Origin: an uncultured bacterium
GTDB lineage: Bacteria; Patescibacteriota; Minisyncoccia; UBA6257; 2-01-FULL-56-20
DNA length: 64,000 nucleotides
NCBI GenBank assembly: GCA_963707865.1
Contig: OY970175.1
Coordinates: forward strand, 822,028-886,027
Direction of reading: 5' to 3'
Shown: positions 46,611 to 55,606 of the stretch, piece by piece
Position numbering within the stretch: position 1 is the first letter of the stretch
Layout: every line of letters starts with the position of its first letter
Made by a program: the position numbers and the translations under genes
The notes under the pieces: model-generated
The model's input: the letters and a program-made list of their open reading frames with translations, nothing else
Told to the model about the DNA's origin: nothing
Database searches by the model: none

Positions 46611-47996
46611 TTGCGCCGTCGCTTCTGCTACAATAGGAAGATGCGCGGCAAACTTCGTTCACTTCTCCGGGAGAAGGTGGTGAAGAACAGTATGCTCTAC
46701 GGCACGACGACGCTCGTCGCGGGCGTGTTTGGCTATCTTTTCCAGTTCGTGATCTCACGGCGGCTCTCCGTTGCCGCGTACGGCGAGTTCCAGAGTTTGA
46801 ACTCGCTTTTCGCCGTGTTCGGTGCGGGGACAGTCGCCCTCAATTATTTTTTCCTTAAATTCTTCCCCGTGTTCGCGAAAGCCCGCGATTATGAGGCGCA
46901 GCGGCAGTTTATGGCATGGATCGGGAAAAAAATATGGCTTATCGTCGGCGTGTTCGCCGCGGTCTTTTTGGCGCTCACCCCGCTTTTGCAGTGGGCGTTG
47001 CATCTTGGGACGCCATGGGGACTTATGTTTGTGATGATCGCCATCGTGCTCAGCATTTGGGGATCACGTTACAGTGCAGCGCTTACCGGTTGGGAATATT
47101 TTTTTGCTGCAGGGAGCATCGCGGTCGCGGCTGCGGTCGCGAAACTCGTTTCTGGCTACTTGATCGCGCTCCACGCCCCCGCAGCTACCCTCATACTTGC
47201 CACATTCGTCATTAGCGTGGCGGTGAGCACGGCCTTCGCGTATTACCTGAATAAAAGGTGGTTTTCCGCGGCGCGGGGGGTAAAAGCGGGCACGGTGGCG
47301 GCGCCGGCGCCGACGGCTGCCGGGCCCGCGTCGCCCTCCTGGCGCGAGCGGTATTACGCCTCGTTTGATATCAAGAAGAACACGTATGCTATCCTCGTGT
47401 TTTCCCTGTTGATCGCGCTCGCAAGCAACGCGGACGTGCTTCTCGTGAAAAATCTGACCTCGGCGGAACTTACGGGATTCTACGGCGCGCTGCGGACCCT
47501 GGGCGCGATCATACTCACCCTGAACGGCGTGATCGTGACCGTTGTGCTCCCCGCCGCCTGCGCCGAAGGGCACGACCGAAAAAGTTTGAACGCGAGAATC
47601 ATATTCTTCGCGTACGCGGGAATATTTTTGATAAGCGCCGGAAGCACCGCGCTCTTCGCTCTCTTTCCGAAACTGTTGATGGGGATGCTCTTTGGGCCAC
47701 AGTATCTTTCCGTGGCGCCGAACCTGTGGCTCTTCGGCCCCCTCGTGTTTTTCCTTTCCGTCCTCACCATGGAGGCGAACTTCTCCTACGCGCGGCACGA
47801 TTATGCCGTCTGCCTGTTCCTTTTCCTCGCGCTCGGGCTTACGGCTGCGGGCATCGCCACATTCCACGCGACGATCGGCGAGGTCGCTCTCGCGACGACC
47901 GCCTCCCTTGCGCTCGGCTGGCTCGCCATTTTTCTCTTCAATCTTTCCCGCCGCCGCAGGCAAATCCTTGAAGTTACGGTGCCGGAGGGCATATAA
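46611..47996 (+). CDS. polysaccharide biosynthesis protein / Wzx-like flippase (MOP superfamily)
   Basis: About 12-14 TM helices. N-term MLYGTTTLVAGVFGYLFQFVISRRLSVAAYGEFQSLNSLF is typical of the polysaccharide-biosynthesis (Wzx) family. Confidence 0.6.
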   Translation: MRRRFCYNRKMRGKLRSLLREKVVKNSMLYGTTTLVAGVFGYLFQFVISRRLSVAAYGEFQSLNSLFAVFGAGTVALNYFFLKFFPVFAKARDYEAQRQFMAWIGKKIWLIVGVFAAVFLALTPLLQWALHLGTPWGLMFVMIAIVLSIWGSRYSAALTGWEYFFAAGSIAVAAAVAKLVSGYLIALHAPAATLILATFVISVAVSTAFAYYLNKRWFSAARGVKAGTVAAPAPTAAGPASPSWRERYYASFDIKKNTYAILVFSLLIALASNADVLLVKNLTSAELTGFYGALRTLGAIILTLNGVIVTVVLPAACAEGHDRKSLNARIIFFAYAGIFLISAGSTALFALFPKLLMGMLFGPQYLSVAPNLWLFGPLVFFLSVLTMEANFSYARHDYAVCLFLFLALGLTAAGIATFHATIGEVALATTASLALGWLAIFLFNLSRRRRQILEVTVPEGI

Positions 47997-48553
47997 TGGC
48001 GAATATGCTTATCTCGGTCGTCGTTCCGTGCTACAACGAGGAACGCAACATCCCTGCCGTTTATGAGGCGATAAAAAAAGCGCTGGCCGCCATCCAGCCA
48101 AAGTATGACGCCGAGATCATTTTTGTGGACGACGGGAGCAAAGACGGGAGCGTCGCGGAGATGGAGAAGCTGGTCCAAAAAGACACTGAGGTAAAGTTCG
48201 TTGCGTTTTCCAGGAACTTTGGCAAAGAAGCTGCGCTCTCCGCCGGCATCCGCTATGCGAAGGGCGATGTGGTCATTATGCTTGACGCGGACTTCCAGCA
48301 TCCGCCGGAACTTATCCCGCTATTTTTGGAGAAATGGCAGAACGGCGCGGAGGTGGTGGTAGGCGTCCGTGAGAACGATGCGAACGACAGCATCGTACGG
48401 CGGTGGGGAGCAAAATTGTTTTACGCGGCGATGAGGCGCATCGGCGAAACCAAGCTTGTCCCGCGCGGCACTGATTTTCGCCTGATCTCCCGACCCGTGG
48501 CTGACGCATTCAATCAATTTACCGAGCACGGCCGGATCGGGGTATGGTGCTGA
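47996..48553 (+). CDS. glycosyltransferase family 2 (DPM1-like), apparently C-terminally truncated
   Basis: ISVVVPCYNEERNI...FVDDGSKDGS...MLDADFQHPPE are GT2 motifs. Ends at 185 aa without the usual C-terminal segment. Confidence 0.7.
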   Translation: MANMLISVVVPCYNEERNIPAVYEAIKKALAAIQPKYDAEIIFVDDGSKDGSVAEMEKLVQKDTEVKFVAFSRNFGKEAALSAGIRYAKGDVVIMLDADFQHPPELIPLFLEKWQNGAEVVVGVRENDANDSIVRRWGAKLFYAAMRRIGETKLVPRGTDFRLISRPVADAFNQFTEHGRIGVWC

Positions 48554-48566
48554 TCTCGGTGCGACC

Positions 48567-49412
48567 GTGGGTTACGGATCTGGTTATGGCTACAAGACGG
48601 ACTTTACATATTCTTCAAGTAGCGATTATGGGTACGGCTACGGATTTGGTTATGTGACGTCGACCATCGCTCTTGCAGCCATCACTTCTCAAACGGTCAC
48701 TGTGGGGGATACGGTTTCTTTCACGGCGAGCGCGACAGATAATGATCCTACCGCCACCGTTTCCTACAGCCTTACCAGCGCTCCGAGCGGAGCCGCGATT
48801 AATGCATCGACCGGCGCGTTCTCATGGAATACGACCGGAGTCACGCCTAACACCTACACCTTCTCGGTGGTTGCGACCGGCAGCACCGGCGGCTCGGACA
48901 CCAAAAGCGTGTCTATCACCGTGAATGCTGCACCAGGCATTACCGTGACCACAAGCGGCGGTGGTGTCAGCGGCGGTGGTGGGGGAGGCAGTGGTTACTA
49001 TGCAACGAGCACCACGCCGACGAATGCTCAAACGACCTTATCCGTAGCAGACCTGCAGGCACAGCTAGCCTCTTTGATCGCGACGCTCAAGACCCTCCTT
49101 TTGCAGGCGAAGGCGGCGGGCGTATCAATTCCTGCCGGCGCGGAGGCGTACCTTGTGCAGCCATCCGCCATTACGCACGATCTCACCCTCGGTTCAACTA
49201 GCGCGGACGTACAGACGCTCCAAGAATTCCTGAACATGAAAGGATTTACTGTCGCCGCGAGCGGCGCGGGTTCTCCGGGGAAAGAAACGACCTACTTCGG
49301 CAGTCGTACAAAGGCGGCTCTCGCGAAATACCAGGCAAGCGTGGGCGTGAAGCCCGCAAGCGGCTACTTCGGGCCGATCACGAGGGCATACTTGAAGTCA
49401 ATCGGGTTCTAA
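48567..49412 (+). CDS. Ig-like domain + PG_binding_1 protein lacking a signal peptide (possibly N-terminally truncated)
   Basis: Tyr/Gly-rich N-term (GYGSGYGYK...YGYGYGFGY). Ig-like module (VTVGDTVSFTASATDNDPTATVSYSLTSAPSGAAINASTGAFSWNTTG). C-term PG_binding_1 (DLTLGSTSADVQTLQEFLNMKGF...GYFGPITRAYL). Confidence 0.55.
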   Translation: MGYGSGYGYKTDFTYSSSSDYGYGYGFGYVTSTIALAAITSQTVTVGDTVSFTASATDNDPTATVSYSLTSAPSGAAINASTGAFSWNTTGVTPNTYTFSVVATGSTGGSDTKSVSITVNAAPGITVTTSGGGVSGGGGGGSGYYATSTTPTNAQTTLSVADLQAQLASLIATLKTLLLQAKAAGVSIPAGAEAYLVQPSAITHDLTLGSTSADVQTLQEFLNMKGFTVAASGAGSPGKETTYFGSRTKAALAKYQASVGVKPASGYFGPITRAYLKSIGF

Positions 49413-49432
49413 CGGGTTCTGACCAAAGCAGA

Positions 49433-49468
49433 AATCCAAAGGCCCCCGCGAAGGGGCCTTTTGGGTTG
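49433..49468 (+). terminator. rho-independent terminator
   Basis: aaaggcccccgcgaaggggccttttgggtt. Near-identical design to the terminator at 6165. Confidence 0.6.
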
Positions 49469-49676
49469 TGCCTCGAGAGGAATCTCACGTCGCGGCCCGG
49501 TAAGACCAGGCCGCTCCCTGGAAACCCCTCGGTTTCCAGCACCTTCCCACACGGGGAACCTCCCGGTTCCCCGACCCCCTCCCCAGTTCGATCCCTCTCA
49601 AGAAAACAAAAACAACAAGAACACTCCTTCTCGCTCGTGCGAAGACGAATTCGCGAGAAGGAGTGTTCTTGTTGTC

Positions 49677-49750
49677 GGTGCCCTCGAGAGGAATCGAACC
49701 TCTATCACAAGATCCGCAATCTTGCGTCCTGTCCGTTGAACGACGAGGGC
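49677..49750 (-). tRNA. tRNA-Arg (anticodon read as GCG)
   Basis: Hand-folded. Acceptor gccctcg/cgagggc. D-stem gttc/ggac. Anticodon stem caaga/tcttg with loop ttGCGga. T-arm agagg-ttcgatt-cctct. Confidence 0.7.
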
Positions 49751-49778
49751 GTGAGTATGCACTCACGCTTTTACCTTA

Positions 49779-50246
49779 CTAAAACCCGACGAGCTTTTCA
49801 ATGGAGTCAAGCAGAGTCGGTTCGTGGGGTATTTCCCTAAGGATCAGCTTCATATTGTTGCGGAATTCGGTGAGCCGCGCCTCCGGGAGAAAGATCTTCA
49901 AGGGCGTTTTGAGTTTTGCGCGGAAGGTAAACACAAGTTCAACCCAGCCATCGTTCGCCGCCGCCGCACTCACGCTCTCAAAGTCATTGAGCGGACGGGA
50001 TTTCCCTCCTTCTATTGCTAGGCCGTTCTCGGTGAGCGTGCAGTGCACCATGCGTGGCGCGCGGTTGCCCCATACAATGAAAAGCATCTCTGCGATGACG
50101 ACGAAAAGCCCGAAGAGGAAATTCCTTTCCCAGATGGAGAATGCGACAATGACAGCCGCGACAATGATGGAAATCCAATACCACGACACGCCTTTCTCGC
50201 GGTACTCATACTCCGGCGCCTCCCATTTCATTTCAAATGATGCCAT
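49779..50246 (-). CDS. hypothetical membrane protein (two N-terminal TM helices + soluble domain)
   Basis: 155 aa, two TM helices then a soluble domain. No family recognised. Confidence 0.45.
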   Translation of the reverse strand: MASFEMKWEAPEYEYREKGVSWYWISIIVAAVIVAFSIWERNFLFGLFVVIAEMLFIVWGNRAPRMVHCTLTENGLAIEGGKSRPLNDFESVSAAAANDGWVELVFTFRAKLKTPLKIFLPEARLTEFRNNMKLILREIPHEPTLLDSIEKLVGF

Positions 50247-50265
50247 ACGATTATTTTACCATGCG

Positions 50266-50337
50266 AGAACCCATCTCCAAAATAGGCCGCGCGAAAATGG
50301 TTCATAATCCCATGCGCCTATTTTGGAGATGGGTTCT
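50266..50337. promoter_or_regulatory. 22-bp perfect inverted repeat forming a long hairpin (28-nt loop) downstream of comF
   Basis: agaacccatctccaaaataggc ... gcctattttggagatgggttct. The right arm overlaps the comF stop codon. Confidence 0.6.
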
Positions 50338-51037
50338 ACGCCTTGGCTGCTGCAAGCGCGATAATGTTCGCCGCGTGAGCGCCCTTGAGCGCGCGCGCAG
50401 CTTCAAGAAATGTCGCGCCGGAGGTGCTCACGTCGTCAATAAGGAGAACATTCTTCCCGCACACGGCAGCAGCATCGGCAATCGCAAAACATCCGCGGAT
50501 GTTTTCTCTCCGCTCCGCCACGCTTGTCGTTTCGCTCTGTGGTTTTGCGTGCTTGATCCGCACAAGGCACTTCGTTGCCACGGGAAGTCCGAGATATTCC
50601 GCGAATCGTGTTGCGATGCGTTCTGATTGATTGAAACCGCGGATACGGAAGCGTTCGCGCGAAAGCGGGATTGGCATCGCGACGTAGCACGACAAGTCCG
50701 TTTTGAATGGCAGGGCGTACTCCGCCATGATGGATGCAAGCGGTTCCGCCGCCGCTCTCACGCCGCGGAACTTAAGGGCGTGGATGAGCGCTCTTAGGGT
50801 TTTATTCTTATAGCTCCCCGCGGCGCCGAGCATATAAGGAAAATCAGGATGGCAGATGCGGCGGGGATCACAGAGTTTCAAGCCGGGAAGCAGCGAGCCG
50901 CATTGGCCGCAGAAGAACGTGCGTGCGGTCGTTATCCCCCCGCGGCACGTGGTGCAGAGTGCGCCCGCCCGCAGGGTTTTCCCGCACGCAAGGCAGCGGC
51001 GCGGAAAGAAAAGAGAAACCAGAAAGTCAAAACACAT
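50336..51037 (-). CDS. comF: ComF family protein (phosphoribosyltransferase domain; competence protein ComFC-like)
   Basis: N-terminal Cys4 zinc finger (CLACGK...CTTC...CGQCG). C-terminal PRTase motif VLLIDDVSTSGATFLEAARAL. Confidence 0.8.
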   Translation of the reverse strand: MCFDFLVSLFFPRRCLACGKTLRAGALCTTCRGGITTARTFFCGQCGSLLPGLKLCDPRRICHPDFPYMLGAAGSYKNKTLRALIHALKFRGVRAAAEPLASIMAEYALPFKTDLSCYVAMPIPLSRERFRIRGFNQSERIATRFAEYLGLPVATKCLVRIKHAKPQSETTSVAERRENIRGCFAIADAAAVCGKNVLLIDDVSTSGATFLEAARALKGAHAANIIALAAAKA

Positions 51038-51078
51038 GGTATGATAATAGGAATTGGCAGATTAAAAACAGGTTAACA

Positions 51079-52134
51079 ATGGCGAATTCGTGTCTCGGCG
51101 TGGATATCGGCACCACCTCCATCAAGATTGTTGAGGTGAAAAAGGGCGGAACGCGGCCGCAGGTTGTAAACTACGGCATGTTGGAATCGGGCGGATATCT
51201 TTTGCGTGCGAACCAAGCATTGCAGACAAGCAGTCTCAGAATTTTTGAGTCAGACATCGTTGAATTTTTGAAGATAATCATACGAGAAATGGGCACGCAG
51301 GCGAAGGTCGCCTTTGCGTCCCTGCCGCCATTCTCCGTGTTTACCACCGTCGTTGATTTTCCGCGGATGAGTCCAGAAGAGATGAAAAAAGCGATGGTCT
51401 ATCAGGCGAGGCAATATGTCCCCATGCCGCTTTCTGAAGTTGCGCTCGATTGGCTAAAGGTTGCGGAGTACGAAGACAACAATGGCTCTGTCCATCAGAA
51501 AATCCTCCTCATCTCGGTCCCCGAAGAGCAGGTCAAAAAATACCAAAGGATATTCAAGGCGGTGGGACTTACGCTCCGCGCACTTGAGATTGAGAGCATG
51601 AGCATCGCGCGAGTTTTTGGCGGCGATCCGACGCCTACCATGGTCGTGGATATCGGCAGCCATTCAACCAATATTGTTTTTCTTGACGGGGGGCAACTTG
51701 TGTGGACTGCCCAGAGCAGCGATTTCGCCTCGGCCTCGCTTACGAAGGCTCTTGCCACAAGCTTGAGCATCAATCCGTTGCGCGCTGAGGAGCTCAAAAA
51801 AGAACGTGGTATCATAGGGACAGGCCCGAGCTACGAATTGTCCACAATAATGCTTCCATTGTTGGATGCTATAATTAATGAGGTGAAGAAGGCGCAATTT
51901 GTCTATGCGCAACAGTTTCCTGTAGCCCGAAAAACGGAGCGGTTGGTGCTCTCGGGGGGCGGGGCAAACCTTTTGGGCATCGAAAAGTATTTTGAACGCG
52001 AGTTTGGAATGCCGGTGGTGAAAGCGACGCCCTTCCTGCGGTTTGAGTATGCTCCCGAAATTTCGCCGCTCGTCGCGGAGCTCAACCCCGTGATGAGCGT
52101 GGCGCTTGGACTCGGAATGAAAGAATTCGTATAA
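51079..52134 (+). CDS. pilM: type IV pilus assembly protein PilM (actin-like ATPase fold)
   Basis: LGVDIGTTSIKIVEV... Size and position ahead of the pilN/pilO-like genes. Confidence 0.75.
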   Translation: MANSCLGVDIGTTSIKIVEVKKGGTRPQVVNYGMLESGGYLLRANQALQTSSLRIFESDIVEFLKIIIREMGTQAKVAFASLPPFSVFTTVVDFPRMSPEEMKKAMVYQARQYVPMPLSEVALDWLKVAEYEDNNGSVHQKILLISVPEEQVKKYQRIFKAVGLTLRALEIESMSIARVFGGDPTPTMVVDIGSHSTNIVFLDGGQLVWTAQSSDFASASLTKALATSLSINPLRAEELKKERGIIGTGPSYELSTIMLPLLDAIINEVKKAQFVYAQQFPVARKTERLVLSGGGANLLGIEKYFEREFGMPVVKATPFLRFEYAPEISPLVAELNPVMSVALGLGMKEFV

Positions 52135-52147
52135 AGCAATTATTATC

Positions 52148-52705
52148 ATGGCTTTTCCAGAACAAGTTATCGAACGCTTGAGTAATGAGTCCCCCCAGAC
52201 GCCGGGTTGGTCGTTCGGCTTGCTTGCCTTCTCCGGCAGCATTCTCCTTATTGCCCTGGTCATTTATTTCGGTCTTGCCTTTGGATATGAGCCGTACCTG
52301 GACTCACAAATCGCACGGCTGAATACGCAAATGGATACGCTTGCAAAGTCCATATCTGCCGGCGATATGGCAAAGTTCACAGCTTTCTATTCCGAAATCA
52401 CGAATTTGAAAGCGACGCTCGGAGATCACGTTATATTCTCCCGTTTTCTTCTGTGGCTTGAAAAAAATACCGAAGCGAATGTTTATTATTCGCGCCTCAC
52501 CTTCTCGTCTGGGAATCAAATCGCACTTTCGGCCATCGCAGCGACCGAGGCTGATGTGAATCAGCAGGTCGCTATCTTTGAATCTGCCCCCGAGGTGAAA
52601 TCCGCGAATCTTTCGGCGGTTTCCCTTTCCCCTACGGACGGACAGTGGCAATTCAGCGTGACGCTCATCCTGGATCCATCGTCGGTATTGCGGGGACCGC
52701 AGTAG
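52148..52705 (+). CDS. pilN: PilN-like pilus assembly protein (bitopic)
   Basis: Single N-terminal TM (FGLLAFSGSILLIALVIYFGLAF) then a periplasmic-type domain. Synteny pilM-N-O. Confidence 0.55.
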   Translation: MAFPEQVIERLSNESPQTPGWSFGLLAFSGSILLIALVIYFGLAFGYEPYLDSQIARLNTQMDTLAKSISAGDMAKFTAFYSEITNLKATLGDHVIFSRFLLWLEKNTEANVYYSRLTFSSGNQIALSAIAATEADVNQQVAIFESAPEVKSANLSAVSLSPTDGQWQFSVTLILDPSSVLRGPQ

Positions 52706-52717
52706 CGCACTCACGCC

Positions 52718-53347
52718 ATGAAACAAAGCTCAAAACGAATCGCCAGCATGCTCATCGCCCTTGTGTTTCTTGTGGCCGCGCTTTGGGTTTTCTTTGATCT
52801 TATCCAGCCGACCTATGGTCAACTCCAAACAAAAAAAGGGACGGAATTGAGCAGTGAGAATTTTTTGAGCAACGAGCAACAAATTGTGGGCCAAGCAAAA
52901 ACGTTGATTAACCAATACGAAAATGAAAGTGCGGTGCAGGATAGCCTTGCCTTGGCCATGCCCTCCGGGCCGAACACGGCATCGGCGCTTGCTCAAGTGT
53001 ACGGCATCGCATTGAATAACAATATTGCGGTGCAGAGCGTGAGCGTGGCGGCGCCGACAAGCCGCCAGTCCCAGAATCAAGCGCAAGGTACCTCCACGGC
53101 GTCTACCACGGGACAGGGACCGAAACAGATGGAAACTTTCTCGTTTCAAGTTACTGCCTTCGGAAGTTATGAGAACTTCAAAAGCTTTTTATCTCAACTT
53201 GAAACCAATATCCGCATCTTTGATCTCACGGCGCTTTCCGTCCAGGAGCCCACGTCCAGCGACGCGACGAACGGGAAGGGATCTTCGACTCCATCTGACT
53301 TTTTCACCTATGGTTTTACGGTCGCAACGTATTATGAACTCCCCTAA
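52718..53347 (+). CDS. pilO: PilO-like pilus assembly protein (bitopic)
   Basis: N-terminal TM (IASMLIALVFLVAALWVFF), coiled segment, C-terminal domain. Synteny. Confidence 0.5.
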   Translation: MKQSSKRIASMLIALVFLVAALWVFFDLIQPTYGQLQTKKGTELSSENFLSNEQQIVGQAKTLINQYENESAVQDSLALAMPSGPNTASALAQVYGIALNNNIAVQSVSVAAPTSRQSQNQAQGTSTASTTGQGPKQMETFSFQVTAFGSYENFKSFLSQLETNIRIFDLTALSVQEPTSSDATNGKGSSTPSDFFTYGFTVATYYELP

Positions 53348-53352
53348 CGCCC

Positions 53353-53655
53353 ATGGCCGTCATTATTGAGGAAGAAAAACAGAACAGGGTGAATCTTATG
53401 AGCATTCTTGGATGGCTTGTCTTCCTTGTAATCGTCGGCTTCGCAGCTTATTACATCTTTTTCACTAAGCCGGAACTCGTGATCATTTCACCACCTGCGA
53501 ATTTAGAGAACATCACGCCGATTTCGCAAGCCACCTTACGTCCGGAAGACGTGCTCAATAGTCCGACTTTCCAGGCGTTAAAAGCCCCATCGTTCCCAAT
53601 GCCTGTCCCACAGGCGTCTGCCACAGGCCGCCCGAATCCGTTCGTCTCGCCCTAG
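53353..53655 (+). CDS. small bitopic membrane protein (possible PilP-like pilus assembly component)
   Basis: 100 aa. One TM. Pro-rich C-terminus ending GRPNPF. Assignment by position only. Confidence 0.35.
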   Translation: MAVIIEEEKQNRVNLMSILGWLVFLVIVGFAAYYIFFTKPELVIISPPANLENITPISQATLRPEDVLNSPTFQALKAPSFPMPVPQASATGRPNPFVSP

Positions 53656-53745
53656 CGCGCGCATAGCAGTTTTATTGGACGAGGTATCCAGCCGTAGTTT
53701 TGCCTAACGAAGCTACGGCTGGATGAATGTGCTAAAATACAAACA

Positions 53746-55467
53746 ATGACTCCTGATGAACTATTGGCGCAATTGCAGGCGAAAGGGATCATTGACGCTG
53801 CGCTTGCGAACCGGATCAAACGTGACGCACTCGTAAGCGGAGAGTCTGTTGAAACGGCTATCGCGAAGCAACGGGCGGTTGACGACGTAAAGATTGCGGA
53901 GCTCAAGAGTGAGCTTCTCAAGATTCCCTATAAAAAAGTTTCTCCCGCGGATGTTGACGCAAAGCTTTTTCAAATGATTTCAGAAGAGACCGCGAAGAGC
54001 TACGAGGTGATCCCCATCGCGCTCCAAGACAATCTTCTTGTGGTCGGTATGCTGCATCCCGATGATCCGAAGTCCCAGGAAGCGTTAAGATTCATTGCGC
54101 GCCAGAATCATGTGAATCTCGGCATCTACCTCGTCGCGTACGGCGATTGGGAAGCGGTTCTCCGGAAGTATTCCCCCTATAGGACGGAGATTGCAAAGGC
54201 GGTTCAGTCGATCGGAGGAGGAGGGGAGGAAGGTGGGCAGCGAATCGTGAGCTTGGAAGAAGTTGGGGGGAGCGAAGACGCCCCCATCGTTAAGATCGTT
54301 GCCGACACCTTCCGCGAGGCGGTTGAGAGTAAGGCCTCGGACATCCACATTGAGCCGCAGCAAGGACTTCTTCGCATTCGCCTCCGCAATAACGGCGATC
54401 TTCATCAGGTGGCGTTGTTGCCCGCGCAGCTTGCGCAGCCGATCGTTTCACGCATCAAGGTCATTTCCAATTTAAAAATTGACGAGACAAGGATTCCGCA
54501 GGATGGCCGCTTCCGCGCGAAGGTTTTTGACCGCGACATTGATTTCCGCGTGGCGACGTTTCCCACGCCGCTCGGCGAGAAGGTCGCGATCCGCGTCCTC
54601 GATCCGACTACGGGGCTCAAAAGCTTTGAAAATCTTCCGTTTCGCTACGGCAATCTGGAGGCCATAAAGGCGGGACTTGCGAAACCATTCGGGATGGTAC
54701 TCATTACGGGTCCGACTGGCTCGGGGAAAACCACGACGCTCTACGCTTTCCTCCAGGCGCTGAATCAGGAAAGTGTGAACATCGTGAGCTTGGAAGATCC
54801 GGTGGAATATTTCATCGCGGGCATCAACCAATCTCAAGTGCGGCCGGAGATCGGTTATGATTTCGCGTCGGGCTTGCGCCAGATCCTGCGGCAGGATCCG
54901 GATATCATCATGGTAGGCGAGATCCGCGACGATGAGACGGCAGGGCTCGCAGTACAGGCGGCGCTTACCGGCCACGTCGTACTCTCAACACTGCACACGA
55001 ATAACGCTGCGGGCGTGATCCCCCGGCTTATTGACATGAAAGTGGAGCCGTTCCTTCTCCCGGTTTGCCTCAACGTGATGATGTCGCAGCGCTTGGTGGG
55101 GGAACTTTGCCCCGATTGCAAGTTCCAGGAGGACGCGTTGCCGGAACTACAGAAGGTCATCGGGCGGACGTTGGAAGGCGTGCGTCCGGAGTTCAGGGTG
55201 AAATATCAGGAGCCGTACAAGATTTGGCACACGAAAGGATGCGCCACCTGCAAGGGCAAGGGCATCGTGTCAAGAACCCCGATTTACGAGGTTTTCCATA
55301 TGACGCCGGCGCTTGAGGAAATCATCGCGAATGGTCCTACTACCCAGAAGATTGTGAAGGAAGCGAAGGATCAGGGAATGGTCACGTTGCGTGAGGACGG
55401 CGTCATGAAGGCACTTGACGGCATCGTGTCCATGGAGGAAATAATCCGGGAAACGGAAGAGGTGTAG
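53746..55467 (+). CDS. pilB: type IV pilus assembly ATPase PilB (GspE family)
   Basis: GSPII_E N-terminal domain. LITGPTGSGKTTTLYAFL (Walker A). Asp/His boxes. C-terminal CxxC...CxxC zinc motif (CPDC...CATCKGKG). Confidence 0.9.
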   Translation: MTPDELLAQLQAKGIIDAALANRIKRDALVSGESVETAIAKQRAVDDVKIAELKSELLKIPYKKVSPADVDAKLFQMISEETAKSYEVIPIALQDNLLVVGMLHPDDPKSQEALRFIARQNHVNLGIYLVAYGDWEAVLRKYSPYRTEIAKAVQSIGGGGEEGGQRIVSLEEVGGSEDAPIVKIVADTFREAVESKASDIHIEPQQGLLRIRLRNNGDLHQVALLPAQLAQPIVSRIKVISNLKIDETRIPQDGRFRAKVFDRDIDFRVATFPTPLGEKVAIRVLDPTTGLKSFENLPFRYGNLEAIKAGLAKPFGMVLITGPTGSGKTTTLYAFLQALNQESVNIVSLEDPVEYFIAGINQSQVRPEIGYDFASGLRQILRQDPDIIMVGEIRDDETAGLAVQAALTGHVVLSTLHTNNAAGVIPRLIDMKVEPFLLPVCLNVMMSQRLVGELCPDCKFQEDALPELQKVIGRTLEGVRPEFRVKYQEPYKIWHTKGCATCKGKGIVSRTPIYEVFHMTPALEEIIANGPTTQKIVKEAKDQGMVTLREDGVMKALDGIVSMEEIIRETEEV

Positions 55468-55557
55468 CCCTGTGTGTGCGGTATTTTGAAAAACCCTCTC
55501 TGGCCTCGCAAAAATCCGGCTCGCTCATAACGAAAAAATGCCGCCCTAGTCGCTGCT

Positions 55558-55606
55558 CCCGGGCACCCGGCATTTTTTCTATTCGCTCGCGGATTTTTTT
55601 ACTCGG
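55558..55606 (+). terminator. long hairpin + T-run after pilB (central element of a larger imperfect palindrome)
   Basis: aaaaaatgccg...cggcattttttc: 11-bp stem with a large loop. Confidence 0.4.

Noticed and set aside
6165-49468. Near-identical terminator hairpins at 6165 and 49433 (ggcccc..ggggcc + ttttgggtt) as copies of a repeat element
   Set aside because: They are short, GC-clamp intrinsic terminators with only a ~25-nt similarity. This is more likely convergent terminator design than a dispersed repeat family.
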